A DNA stretch of 64,000 nt from assembly GCA_049724395.1 (NCBI GenBank), contig JAUGWO010000033.1, forward strand, positions 62,001 to 126,000. Direction: 5' to 3'. Shown piece after piece: positions 1 through 11,900 of the stretch. The stretch comes from Spongospora subterranea f. sp. subterranea (taxonomy: Eukaryota). Positions within the stretch are counted from its first letter, which is position 1; every line of letters begins with the position of its first letter. A model generated the notes under the pieces. The model did not search any database. It was given only the letters and a program-made list of their open reading frames with translations, and was not told the DNA's origin. The position numbers and the translations under genes were made by a program.

Positions 1-492
1 GTCAATGATGCACCTGATGGATCTCGTTCCGTTTCTATCCGCATCGTTGACATAGGCACTACTGACGATCTCCGCGTCCTCATGTGCACAATAAGGGATC
101 GTATCACTGATCCCAATAGCACAATGGGAGGTCCTATTCTGCAATCGCTTCGTCACGATTTACCAATGTCTGTGTTGGTTATGACCATGAAAGATTGCGA
201 TAACGGCGAATTCTGCGAACTTCCAAGCGACTGCCCTGCGAGAAGTGATTCATCAACGCCCGTTTCAAATGTTGCATGGATTGTTTCCGGTGCGGTTGCA
301 GGTGTGGTGGGTATCGGTGTCGGTGCCTTCTTGCTGAGGCGGCGGATGCGCCACCAACGAATACAGGAAATGATCATGCCGTATGGATCAAGTTGGGTGG
401 CCACTTCGATTCGAAGTGACCATGAACATCCCCTGGGAGAACCTCCGAGCAGTCCAGATCTATTATCATTATCAGGTTCATTCATGTATTGA
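1..492 (+). CDS. 3' part of a single-pass membrane protein (5' end outside the window)
   Basis: Frame 1 is open from base 1 to TGA at 490-492. A hydrophobic segment VAWIVSGAVAGVVGIGVGAFLL is followed by a basic stop-transfer RRRMR and preceded by a small Cys cluster. Confidence 0.6.
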   Translation, partial: VNDAPDGSRSVSIRIVDIGTTDDLRVLMCTIRDRITDPNSTMGGPILQSLRHDLPMSVLVMTMKDCDNGEFCELPSDCPARSDSSTPVSNVAWIVSGAVAGVVGIGVGAFLLRRRMRHQRIQEMIMPYGSSWVATSIRSDHEHPLGEPPSSPDLLSLSGSFMY

Positions 493-566
493 GGTGTGGA
501 ATCATGGGATCATAATCAGCAAGGTTTTCATAAAAAAATCATTTTTGAGAACAATTCAACATTAGA

Positions 567-1841
567 TTAGATGTTTAACGCATTAGGTAGATGGAGTCGC
601 TGGACAACTGATGAAGGCAACGCATAGACAGGATCGACATAATCTTGCCCAACTTGTCTATGAATAAGCGATAACGCCGCTAGGCCAAAATATGTATGGA
701 ATATATCGGCCATATTCCCAGGCCGGTCAGATATTCCTCCATTTTCAGTATCCTGTACGCGAATGAGAAACGGGCGAGCGTGTGAAACTTGGATTCTACC
801 TGGCAGCCCACGATGAACGCTGAAAGTGCAGCTGTATCGATCCAATCCATACGACCTAATATTGCCATTGCAGAAAGCACCCACCTACAAATAACCTCTC
901 GCCGTCAATTAGACAGAAAACGGGGATGTCGTGTTAGCAGACCATGAATAACATACGTCCTCCTTTTTTTCTGGTCGACCGTTCAGTCCTCCACAGGGAA
1001 GTTGGCGCTCACAAAGCCACCAACCCAATGCATCTGCATCGACAATGTCAAGTCTACCAGCGATGCTCAAAGCCCCGATGCAACAGAAAACTGGACGACA
1101 CAATATACTCAGATGCTAGTGGCAACGAGCACAAAATTACTTTGGCCAGCATGGGATTCGGCCCCTGGAACACATCCAAATCCGCTTTCAAAATTTTGGC
1201 AGCGTTGAATGAATGAAACAGCGGAATCCCAGTTGATGAGATCACGACGACCAAGAACGGTTAATGCGTTCATTGCACAGTACGAAAATCGAGTATCCAC
1301 CTCACCCCATTCATCACCTAAAACAAACATGAAACAAGAGGAATTAGGACGTGATTGCATAGTACCAGTGAAGCCGCCGTCTTCCTGCTGTAATGATGCG
1401 ATATACTGTGCTGTTTGATCGGAATCAATCAAGTCCAATCGATCAATGAGCGCCAATATCTGAATCGCGCTCGTTGTATATAGAAGGTGTGCATCGTGTT
1501 GAACGTTCCCACCAAACCCTCCCGATTCATTGCGGCAAGATAAAACAAACGATGCCACTTCGGCAAGCGGCATTTTGTCCAGTTCACCAAGTATGTCCAT
1601 TGTCATTAGAGCCCAATACACCCCCGACATTCGCAGATGCTCAGTCGCATAATGTTCGAAAGAATCTTCACCAGAATCGAGGTCTAGAACAAACTATAAC
1701 CGTGTTACTGACGATTTTGAAACAATTCCGGGACGATGCCGCACCTTGATGTGAGCATTTTTAGAAATCGAATCCGATGGCACTGGCTTGCATGCAGACT
1801 TTTCAATTTCCACAATCGACGTTTTTACCATCGAAACATGA
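567..1841 (-). CDS. RABGGTB: Rab geranylgeranyltransferase (GGTase II) beta subunit, multi-exon
   Basis: Spliced protein MVKTS...[10 protein letters not shown]...[11 protein letters not shown]...ESHAGQIFCCIGAL...[18 protein letters not shown]...[14 protein letters not shown]. It has prenyltransferase repeats, and GT-AG introns restore the frame. Confidence 0.93.
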
Positions 1842-2596
1842 AAAATTGCCGATGGCGTAATAACCGGATGCAGTTACGATCTATTGGGGACAAGGATTGG
1901 TGGCGCGGACACCGGAACGACTGCGGCCTCTGCATCATGCCAGCACCAAATAAGAGACGACATGGATCTTGAGTTCTAGCATTCGTGCGCCATTGCGTTG
2001 CTTCCGAAGTGGCTAATTAAGGCATTCCAAATCGCAGGCTACGGGCTGAGGCATCAATGGCAGCGGTTTACACTTTGTAGGGACCAGCAGATGGGTTTGA
2101 AACGGTTTGTTTAGCCCAGAGTCTGTTGATAATATCCTCGATTTCGTCATCATCAGACTTCGGCAAAGTTGAGACTGGAAACCTTGCCCCCTATTTCTGA
2201 GTCTGTGGTTTGGTATGTTTTGGTTAGTTACATTGGAGGAAGTCAAGGAACGGCATAATGCTTGAACTTAAGACCGTTTTCACCAGATTGTGTTGATGTA
2301 GGGTGATTCCTTTTGGGCTTGATGTCAAAGGAAGGCTCTTGCTAATTGCGCGTACTACTTCATCAGAATGCAACAAACTCGAGCAATTTTATCCCGTTCA
2401 TACACAGCTGCTGCAAGAAAACAGAGTTCAAACTGAGCAGCTGTTGAAGCTCAGTGCAGCTACTGTGCAACTGTTGTGGCGAGCCTCTCCATCTAACCAA
2501 TAAAAAAGGTGGTTTATTTCTCAGAACCGATTTTTTATCAATGCTATCACGTCGTGCAGTGAAGCAATCAATTAGTATAATGAAGGGGTTCGGCAT

Positions 2597-3721
2597 GGAA
2601 TAGCGCAGCAGTCTGAATCGGACTGCAATGGTAACAGCAGGGAATGCTGATTAACGGAATAGCGCAGCAGTCTGAATCGGACTGCAATGGTAACAGCAGG
2701 GAATGCTGATTAACAGAATAGCGCAGCAGTCTGAATCGGACTGCAATGGTAACAGCAGGGAATGCTGATTAACAGAATAGCGCAGCAGTCTGAATCGGAC
2801 TGCAATGGTAACAGCAGGGAATGCTGATTAACAGAATAGCGCAGCAGTCTGAATCGGACTGCAATGGTAACAGCAGGGAATGCTGATTAACAGAATAGCG
2901 CAGCAGTCTGAATCGGACTGCAATGGTGACAGCAGGGAATGCTGATTAACGGAATAGCGCAGCAGTCTGAATCGGACTGCAATGGTAACAGCAGGGAATG
3001 CTGATTAACAGAATAGCGCAGCAGTCTGAATCGGACTGCAATGGTGACAGCAGGGAATGCTGATTAACGGAATAGCGCAGCAGTCTGAATCGGACTGCAA
3101 TGGTAACAGCAGGGAATGCTGATTAACAGAATAGCGCAGCAGTCTGAATCGGACTGCAATGGTAACAGCAGGGAATGCTGATTAACAGAATAGCGCAGCA
3201 GTCTGAATCGGACTGCAATGGTAACAGCAGGGAATGCTGATTAACGGAATAGCGCAGCAGTCTGAGTCGGACTGCAATGGTAACAGCAGGGAATGCTGAT
3301 TAACGGAATAGCGCAGCAGTCTGAATCGGACTGCAATGGTAACAGCAGGGAATGCTGATTAACAGAATAGCGCAGCAGTCTGAATCGGACTGCAATGGTA
3401 ACAGCAGGGAATGCTGATTAACAGAATAGCGCAGCAGTCTGAATCGGACTGCAATGGTAACAGCAGGGAATGCTGATTAACAGAATAGCGCAGCAGTCTG
3501 AATCGCGACTGCAATGGTAACAGCAGGGAATGCTGATTAACAGAATAGCGCAGCAGTCTGAATCGCGACTGCAATGGTAACAGCAGGGAATGCTGATTAA
3601 CGGAATAGCGCAGCAGTCTGAATCGCGACTGCAATGGTAACAGCAGGGAATGCTGATTAACGGAATAGCGCAGCAGTCTGATTCGCGACTGCAATAGTAA
3701 CAGCAGGGTATGCTGATTAAC
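2597..3721. repeat. Tandem array of 19 units: 15 x 59 bp followed by 4 x 60 bp
   Basis: Unit (G/A)GAATAGCGCAGCAGTCTGAATCG(C)GACTGCAATGGTAACAGCAGGGAATGCTGATTAAC. 15x59 + 4x60 = 1125 bp, matching the span exactly. Confidence 0.97.
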
Positions 3722-3928
3722 GATGCAAACGGTAATCTGTCACCTTAGTCTGTGACTGGCCCCGAGACACAGTGAGAATATCTTACTCACGTTTCCCAAA
3801 AGGGACACTGGAAATTCTGTATTCGAAGCCGAAATCAGAGTTTCGAGGCGGCGGTGCAGTTGCAGTCGGGGTGGCCGCGCATCACACTTAAGGGGCACTG
3901 GTACAGAGTGTTCTTCAATCTGTAATAC

Positions 3929-6653
3929 ATGGGATTGCTTAGTTTAGGGACGCCTCTCGCCTGGAAGGATTCGCAGCCGTATATTGAGCACGTCAAACGG
4001 CAAGGGATAGATCAGTTTATTTCTACATACAATCGACTATCATCTCGCAAACGGGATGAATTGTAAGCTCACCTGATCAATCCCTCGTGACTTTTCAAAC
4101 TCGACATCAGTCTTTGGGGAGATGAAGTTGAATATCTATTAGTTTCTCTCGATTCACAAAACAAAACGGCTAAGCTTCTCATGAAAGGAGTTGAAGTGCT
4201 GCATCAACTAGAAAATTTGTCAGAATCTGTGGCGAACAAAGCTGTTTTTCACCCTGAATATGGGCGTTTTATGATTGAGACCACCCCTGGCGGTCCATAT
4301 AGGGGTTTTACATCTGACCTCTCATTTGTTGAAGCCAACATGATTTATCGTCGTCATCTAATTCAATCAGTGCTGGATTGCGATAATTATCGACTTCTCT
4401 CTATGGCCTCTTTTCCTCTCTTAGGGACTGATAAGCACTGTGATCCTGATTTGCCGATTGGGGGCCCTATCACACGTTCATCATATGTCCCAGACAGCGT
4501 GATGAACCCTCATCCAAGGTCTACAATATGCGGTTCTGCGTTTGCGAACACACTTTTGAGTAGGCTTGAATGCAGGTTTCCATGCTTGACCGCAAATATT
4601 CGGGAAAGACGATCAGATAAAGTATGCATAACTATTCCTCGATTCAAAGACAAGTATACACCAAAGCCCAAATCGGAGCCGAAAGTAAATATTTGGGGAG
4701 ACCTAATGGAGGACACTGCAGAATTTATTCAGTAAGCACCAGTTTTCGTTGTATTCAGCCTTTTTGATGGGTAAATTTATTCTAGTATGGATGCAATGGC
4801 CTTTGGTATGGGGTGCTGCTGTTTACAGGTAACTTTTCAGTGCGGCAGCATAGAGGAGGCTCGACATCTCTATGATCAGCTTGCGGTGCTCAGCCCAATT
4901 ATGCTCGCTTTGACAGCAGCTTCGCCATTTTTTAAAGGTAGGAAGAAGCCTGTAAACAACCGGGGGTTGAAAGAGACTGGTGATTGATTAAATTCATTTT
5001 TGCATAGGCTGCATTGCTGACACAGATGTTCGTTGGAATGTCATATCACAATCAGTTGATGACCGGACGCCTTACGAACGAGGATTAACTGACAAGGATG
5101 ATGGTTTCTCCCAGCTTAGATTGAGTAAATCTCGCTACAGGTGCTTCATGTGTTTCTAGATCTCCATTACCTTATTCATGATTACATGATAGCTCTGTCG
5201 ACATGTTCTTGGGAACACGAATTTCGGAAGTTGACAGTTTTAACGATGTGCCTGTTGTTTTTCATCAGAAACATTTGGATCAATTGCAAAATGCGGGCAT
5301 CGACTCTTTACTCGCCCGCCATGTCGCACATTTGTCGGCAGTTGCGTTGTGTTGTGAAAGCTAGCACTGATTTACTCTTTGGTTCAGGTTCGCTCGAGAT
5401 CCCTTAGTCATTTTTTCGGAGTAAGTCCCCTGGTTACACATTATCGCCAAAAATTTATGAAAACAGGCGCATCAACATCGACGATGAGACGGAAACAGAT
5501 CATTTCGAAAGCATTCAAAGCACGAACTGGAATACCGTCAGATTTAAACCTCGTCAGTACCGATAACCGTATCGTGCCGGCGTGAGATTTCAATGCAAGT
5601 GTCAGCGCCGCCACAATCGACAACAGGGTGGAGGGTCGAGTTCCGTACAATGGAGGTCCAAATTACCGACTTCGAAAATGCCGCATTCACTGTCTTCGTC
5701 GCTGTGCTCTCTCGTGCCAGTATTTACTGTTATTCAGTGTTTCTTTTCAACGGCCTCATTTTATATGTATAGTTCTGTTTTTCAACCTGAACTTTTATAT
5801 GCCCATCAGTCTCGTTGATGTTAATGTGCAGCGAGCTCATACCCGTGACGCGGTTAATGTAGAGAATTTCCATATGCGCATAAGGCCGAAACCTGAATGT
5901 ACTCCTTGCCCTAGCCAATGCCACCCATCGGATTACAAAGAAATGTCGATGGAAGAGGTGCGACAGATTATTTGTTGAATGTCACGGGTCCACTTATGAT
6001 TGTAGATTATGTGTGGTAAAGCAGATTGTTGCGGGTTCGCTGGCTTGTTATCATTCGTCGAAGGGTATCTTGACGCCATCCATTGCGATTCTAAGTCACG
6101 CGCTCTGATTGATGAATACATGAATTTTATTGAGGTACATATTCAATGGTTGTTCACAGGGAGATTTCTATTGATATTTCACGAAATTCGCAGATGCGTG
6201 CTAAAAGCCAATTCGCAACGTTGGCTACATGGATGCGTCGTTTCGTTCAAACGCACCCAGATTACCGTTTTGATTCAAATATCTCACAGTCAACCGCTTT
6301 CGATTTGATTAATGTTCTCGACGAGATTGCTGCCGGACGAGTGCATTGCCCACAGCTATTACCCGGTTTGTTTTTTAGTCTCAATCGTTAACGGTTTTAA
6401 CAAAGTGTAGAGTTGGGAAAAGCGCATCGGAACGTTCTGGATACTTCTGTAGAAGCAGCATTGGCTCCTAATCCTTTAGGCGTCCCACTTACTATCGATT
6501 TCGATGCCAATGCTGTCCATTCGGAATCTGTTTGCAAGGTGATCATGCGTTTCCCTAACTGTGTAGTCGAAGAATACTTAGCGTTTGTGATATAAGATCA
6601 TTGAAAGAGCAGCATCCCGTCGCCGCGCTAATTCATCCGGTACACAGGGGTAA
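3929..6653 (+). CDS. GCLC: Glutamate-cysteine ligase catalytic subunit (animal/fungal type), multi-exon
   Basis: [10 protein letters not shown]..., [75 protein letters not shown], joined across GT-AG introns. The final exon is less certain. Confidence 0.93.
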
Positions 6654-6678
6654 ATTGTCACAATACAAGACCAACTGA

Positions 6679-8330
6679 TCACGGTTGATGTAGTACCACA
6701 TTGATCCTATTTGCCAAATCCTCCAATTTCTCTGTTCTGTCAGTTGACCGTAGGACTTCGATGAACTCAACCAGCAGCGATCCGTCCATCATGGAATCGA
6801 TACCAAACCTCGAAAGTTTAATGCGATGATCTGTGATTCTACCCTGAAAAGTATAACAACATTTTTCAGAACGTCATCATCATCATACATGACCAACGTC
6901 TTTCTGACTTGGGGAAAATTGTACGTTCGTATCCTTTCGTTCCTGTTGCCTGAGCCCATATGGGAATTACGCAATCTGCGCTCAGCTTCCAGCGCCGCTT
7001 CTCGTTGTTGTGCATGAACGCGGGCGCTAAGCACTTTCATGGCCTTGGCCCGGTTCTTGTGCTGAGACCTTAACCCTATCAACAAATTCGGATGAACGGG
7101 CAGGCGATTGGGAATACCTCTCATCTTGCATGCATACTGTGATCCCGGTTGGAATGTGAACCATTCGAACAGCACTATCTGTAGTATTAACAGACTGGAA
7201 AATCGTGATCAAACACGTCGATCAGATTAGTATTGAGCCACATTACCTGGCCACCACAGCCTTGGCTTCGATAGACATCGACCCGAATATCGGCAGGGCG
7301 AATCTCACATTGCGCGACTGGAGAATCTGGCATTACCGCTACAGACATTGCTGATGTATGGATCCGTCCTGGCGCCATGGTTAAGACTTCCCATTGCAAA
7401 AACATGGGTGTTGGGCCGATTCACAAACCTGCTGTTTCCGTTAGAGGAATACGCTGAACCCGATGAACACCACTCTCAAACTTGAGCTCGCCGAACACAC
7501 CATTCCCGGTAATACAAGCAGAGCCCTCCCTGATTCCACCGTGTGGACCGGGAACGGTTTCTGATGGTGTTGTCGCAATTCAATACATTTCCTTATGTGC
7601 AGTATTGCCAGATTCCAACCTAAAATCGAAAATTTCCAACCACGAAGAATGGCGAATTTCTCGTACATCTTGAACATATCCTATATTTGCAATGGGATCA
7701 TGACCAGGACTACAATGTGAGGAACGCGCTGTCGCCGACCTCTGTAAACAGGACGGCCTCTTCGCCACCGGTCCCGGGCCTAACCCTAGATGGTCACATT
7801 TGGGGGATTAGTTGGATGACCATTATGGATGGTGCACCCTGAACAATGTGATTACTCTAATATCGCCGAGCAGTTGTCGTCCTCGTCTGATGGAACCAGT
7901 TGATCGAATGCCTCGGACTGATATCGCGTTGCTCAATTCCGGGACAATGTGTCGCAAACGCAAAACAATCTTCACCTCAATCTGTTTGAGCTGAGCGAGA
8001 ATCGCATCGCTCTCCTCTTCTGCCAACTGCACCAGCTCTGTTTCCCTGAAATTCCATCACGATCGTTAGGGGCAATGAGGTATTATTAACAACCCCAAAC
8101 AGCACGAACTTGATGTGCTCTGATTTGAACTTGTCTAATTCCTTCAACTCGTTTAGCGATGTGCCGAGATTGTATAAGGTTGTGATCGCCGGCGATATAC
8201 GTTTATGCAAATCTTGACCTGCTTGAGATTGGGTTCGCAGGCCGTCTATAAGCGGGGCCTGTATCGCCAGCTCCTGAATCACTGATAAATGGTGGGTCCA
8301 TCTGGCCGTCTTCCTCAGTATTCTCATCAT
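6679..8330 (-). CDS. MRF1: Bacterial-type peptide chain release factor 1 (probably mitochondrial), multi-exon
   Basis: [34 protein letters not shown] (PxT motif of the RF1 class), [15 protein letters not shown] (GGQ), [12 protein letters not shown]. The basic N-terminus resembles a presequence. Confidence 0.9.
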
Positions 8331-8992
8331 GATCGAACTGGAAAATTGACCCAACAACACGAATTAGAGATGATGTGATCGAGCGTGCGAAGGCGATAAC
8401 GCCTTACTGTTGTCTGCAGTTCACAGGAACGAGATTGGGATTTTACCGTTCGGGAATGACCATTGGCCAGGGAGGGAATGGGTAGAGGAGATGGCGCTAC
8501 AGACCCCGTGACCGACACACTGGAGTCGGTATTTACCGTTACCTGGCATTGGCGAAATCACCCACAGTTTTCCGACAGTTGCGAATCAAAACGTAATTGT
8601 CGCTTGGTCCACCGGGGCAAACCCATCGGTCGCGCCTGAATAATTGTATCGATCAAGAAACACAATCAAGAACTGACGTGAGATTTATTACGATTATCGT
8701 AGATGGGGGGTGGAGGGATTTGATTTTGCGATGGCATTAGCAAGACCAGGTGGATAAAAGACGATCATAATCGTCTAGATCGATGACCGAGTGGAAACCA
8801 ATATATAATATTTACCATCTCCGTCTGGGTGTTCACTCCAATTTGCCATTTCTTCAAAAAAATGAATAACTTTATTGTTTGTGAGAAAAGCGTTTCAAAA
8901 TGGAAACTGTGGTGAAGCAGTTTCCGGCGAATAAAGAATCGACAAAGAGCGATCGAATCGTCCTTTGACCTTGGCTGGTCGTGATTCAGGTT

Positions 8993-11900
8993 ATGGGTCA
9001 CACGGTGTCCGTAGCGGAGTCCGCTGCTCTATCAGCGTTCCCTGGGCACATCGCCAACGAATCTGGGCGGCTGACAACAATGGCGCACGAATTCGTCCGC
9101 CCTCACGTGGAATCCTTCGATTGGCTGATCGATGAAGGTCTCCCATTATTGGTTGATAATATGCACCCCGTATATATTGGCGCAAATCCCGAAACAAATC
9201 GACCCCGATGTAAATTATGGGTGAAACAGATCAGGTTCGAAACCGGTTCAGAATCTCGGCGATCCAAACGGAAAGGGAATTGAACTTTGGGGGAACAGGA
9301 TCAGCGCGGCGGCGAAATCAGACGATGGATCTGACAGTCGATTGTGGCCGAATGAGTGCCGGGAAGGGCATCGTAGCTATACCGGGGCGATCCTCATGAC
9401 CATATCGCGACGCCTGAACAACGGGAACACGATCGACGTGCAAATTCGGTGCGGGGATGCGCCGATCATGGTCAAGAGCACGCTGTGCCATCTTCGGCAC
9501 CTGAGCGAACGCGATCTGATCAAGCGCCGCGAAGAGGGCACTGAAATGGTAACGAGTTGGCCAAACTTTATATTATCGCCATCGATCACGTGCTGGTTTT
9601 TCGAACGCGCCGTTCGTGCGTCTGAATGGAATTGTGGTGCTCAGGGCGGGTATTTTCTGATCAACGGGCTGGAGAAGGTGATGCGATTGCTGATCTTGCC
9701 GAAACGGAACTACATCACGGGCCTGTATCGCCCGTCGTTCACCAATCGCGGCATGAACTACACGCCATATGCGACCGCCATTCGCTGCGTTCGACCCGAT
9801 CAGACATCGCAGACCATTAATGTGTTCTACATCAACGACGGATCATGTACCGCTCGTATCACTATCGCCAAACAGGAGTTAGTTCCCCGTGTTGTTTTAT
9901 TCAGCAATAGAAATGAAATTTCGATGTTTTCTAAGTGGTTTTGTGCTTTGTCAGGTTTCTAACGCCAGTGATGCTTTCTATTTCATGCTCTAATACCGAC
10001 GACGGATTACGAGATCTTCCAATCGTTATGTGCCGATGGGGACGCGTTCGCCTCCGATCGCGTCGAACGGGTAATCAGTTCCTCGTCGCCGCCACAATAT
10101 TGTGTTGATATATTGACGTTTGGGGTCAGATGCTGCGCGACATCAAGTCGCTGAACCTGATATCGATGTCGTCTTATCGTGCATATCTTGGAGCAAGGTT
10201 CAGAGCTGTACTTCGACTAGACGATACGGTAATCCATCGCGTTCGCGCCCATAATCTATCGATTGAACCGCCGGGCGATCTCAGGTATCGGATGCCGACG
10301 CGGGAACTATTTTGCTCAATCGGCATTTCCTAGTGCATTGCGCAACGCCCGCTGAGAAGTTCGATGTGCTCGGGATGATGATCAAGAAACTGTTCGCCCT
10401 TGTTCAAGGTCAGTTCTGTCATCGCCTGCGATCGCGCCCTCCTTTGACATACTTCCAGGTCGAATTGCCGCCGATAATTCCGATGCGTTATCGGCTCACG
10501 AGGCGTTGCTCCCTGGCCATCTATACGGAATGGTCTTGAAAGAGCGAGCTCAAGATCTGCTTTATCTGATTCGTTCTCGTGTTCTTAAGGTGGCGCGAGA
10601 CATCACTTTCGATATTCCACATTTCTCTGATGCGATTTTGTCAGGATGACGCCGCCCGGCAGGCCAAGTTCTCTTTGACCGACGACTCCTATCTGCGATT
10701 AGTGGCCGGGTACTTCTCAGATATTGGGGGGAAGATCCATCACCTGATGTCGACCGGCAATCTGGTGTCGTCATCGGGGCTGGATCTGATGCAGACATCT
10801 GGTTATACGATCATCGCTGAAAAACTGTCAGGATATCGCCAACTCGTTGCCCAATATTGTTCTCACCGTGTTTATTCCCAGTAATTATTACCGGTATCTG
10901 GCCCATTTCAAGTCGATCCATCGTGGGGCGTTCTTTGCCGAAATGAAGACCACCACAGGTTGGAACGGATTCGATCGTTCACCGTTAACTGACCCTGCGT
11001 CTCAGTTCGTAAATTATTGCCCGAATGTTTCGGGTTCCTGTGCCCCGTTCACACACCCGATGGTAGTCCATGTGGTCTTCTGAACCATATCGCCGCCCCG
11101 TGTCGCATCACTTGTTTCCACGACGCGAACCACGCCGATCGCCAACGCCTTTACACGACGCTGACGTCGCTCGGTTGGTGGTCACGATTCAGGTCCACGT
11201 CGTAATCGTCGAAATCCCATTCCTTGTCTGATTGCAGGAATGTCGTCATATCGTGGCCACGATCGTCGGTCAATCCCTCACCACCACCTATCGGTCATGT
11301 ACGACGGGATTCTCATCGGATTCGTCGACTGCGTTTCGGCCCCCGATCTCGTTCATAAATTACGCCATCTCAAGGTGCGATCTCCCATAAAAATCAAATG
11401 TTCCTTGATTCTCAAAACGGCTTTTTATCCTGAAAGGTGACAGCCGCCGAGATTCATTCCATCCCAAGAACATTAGAAATCGTGTTCATCCCCAGGTAGA
11501 ACGCGCGTTCCCATCCCGTTTTTCGCTATTCGATCGCTGATCATCGTCATTATTAGCACCGACTCGGGTGCATATCCAGGTCTGTTCCTGTTCTCGAACC
11601 TGGGCCGGTTCATTCGCCCCGTCACCTATCTCCCATCGCGCCAGATCGTAATGGGTTTCCTCCCCCGCCCCCTGACCCCTCTCGCTCACCGCCGTCTCTC
11701 AGGAATGGATCTCCCCTCTCGAACAAGTGTTCATGGATATCGCCATCCATCCTGACGACATGGTCCCGGGCACAATCCACATCGAGGTCGATCCCGTGAA
11801 CATGTTGAGCGTTATCGCCAGTCTAACCCCATTCTCCGATTTCAACCAATCCCCCCGAAACATGTTCGCCATTGCCGCGCGTCCGTTCCTCGAATCCGTT

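Noticed and set aside
2597..3721. CRISPR array or tandem hammerhead ribozymes
   Set aside because: Units are contiguous with no unique spacers, and there are no cas genes in this eukaryotic context. CTGATTA and GAATA only resemble the hammerhead CUGANGA/GAAA core and do not match it.
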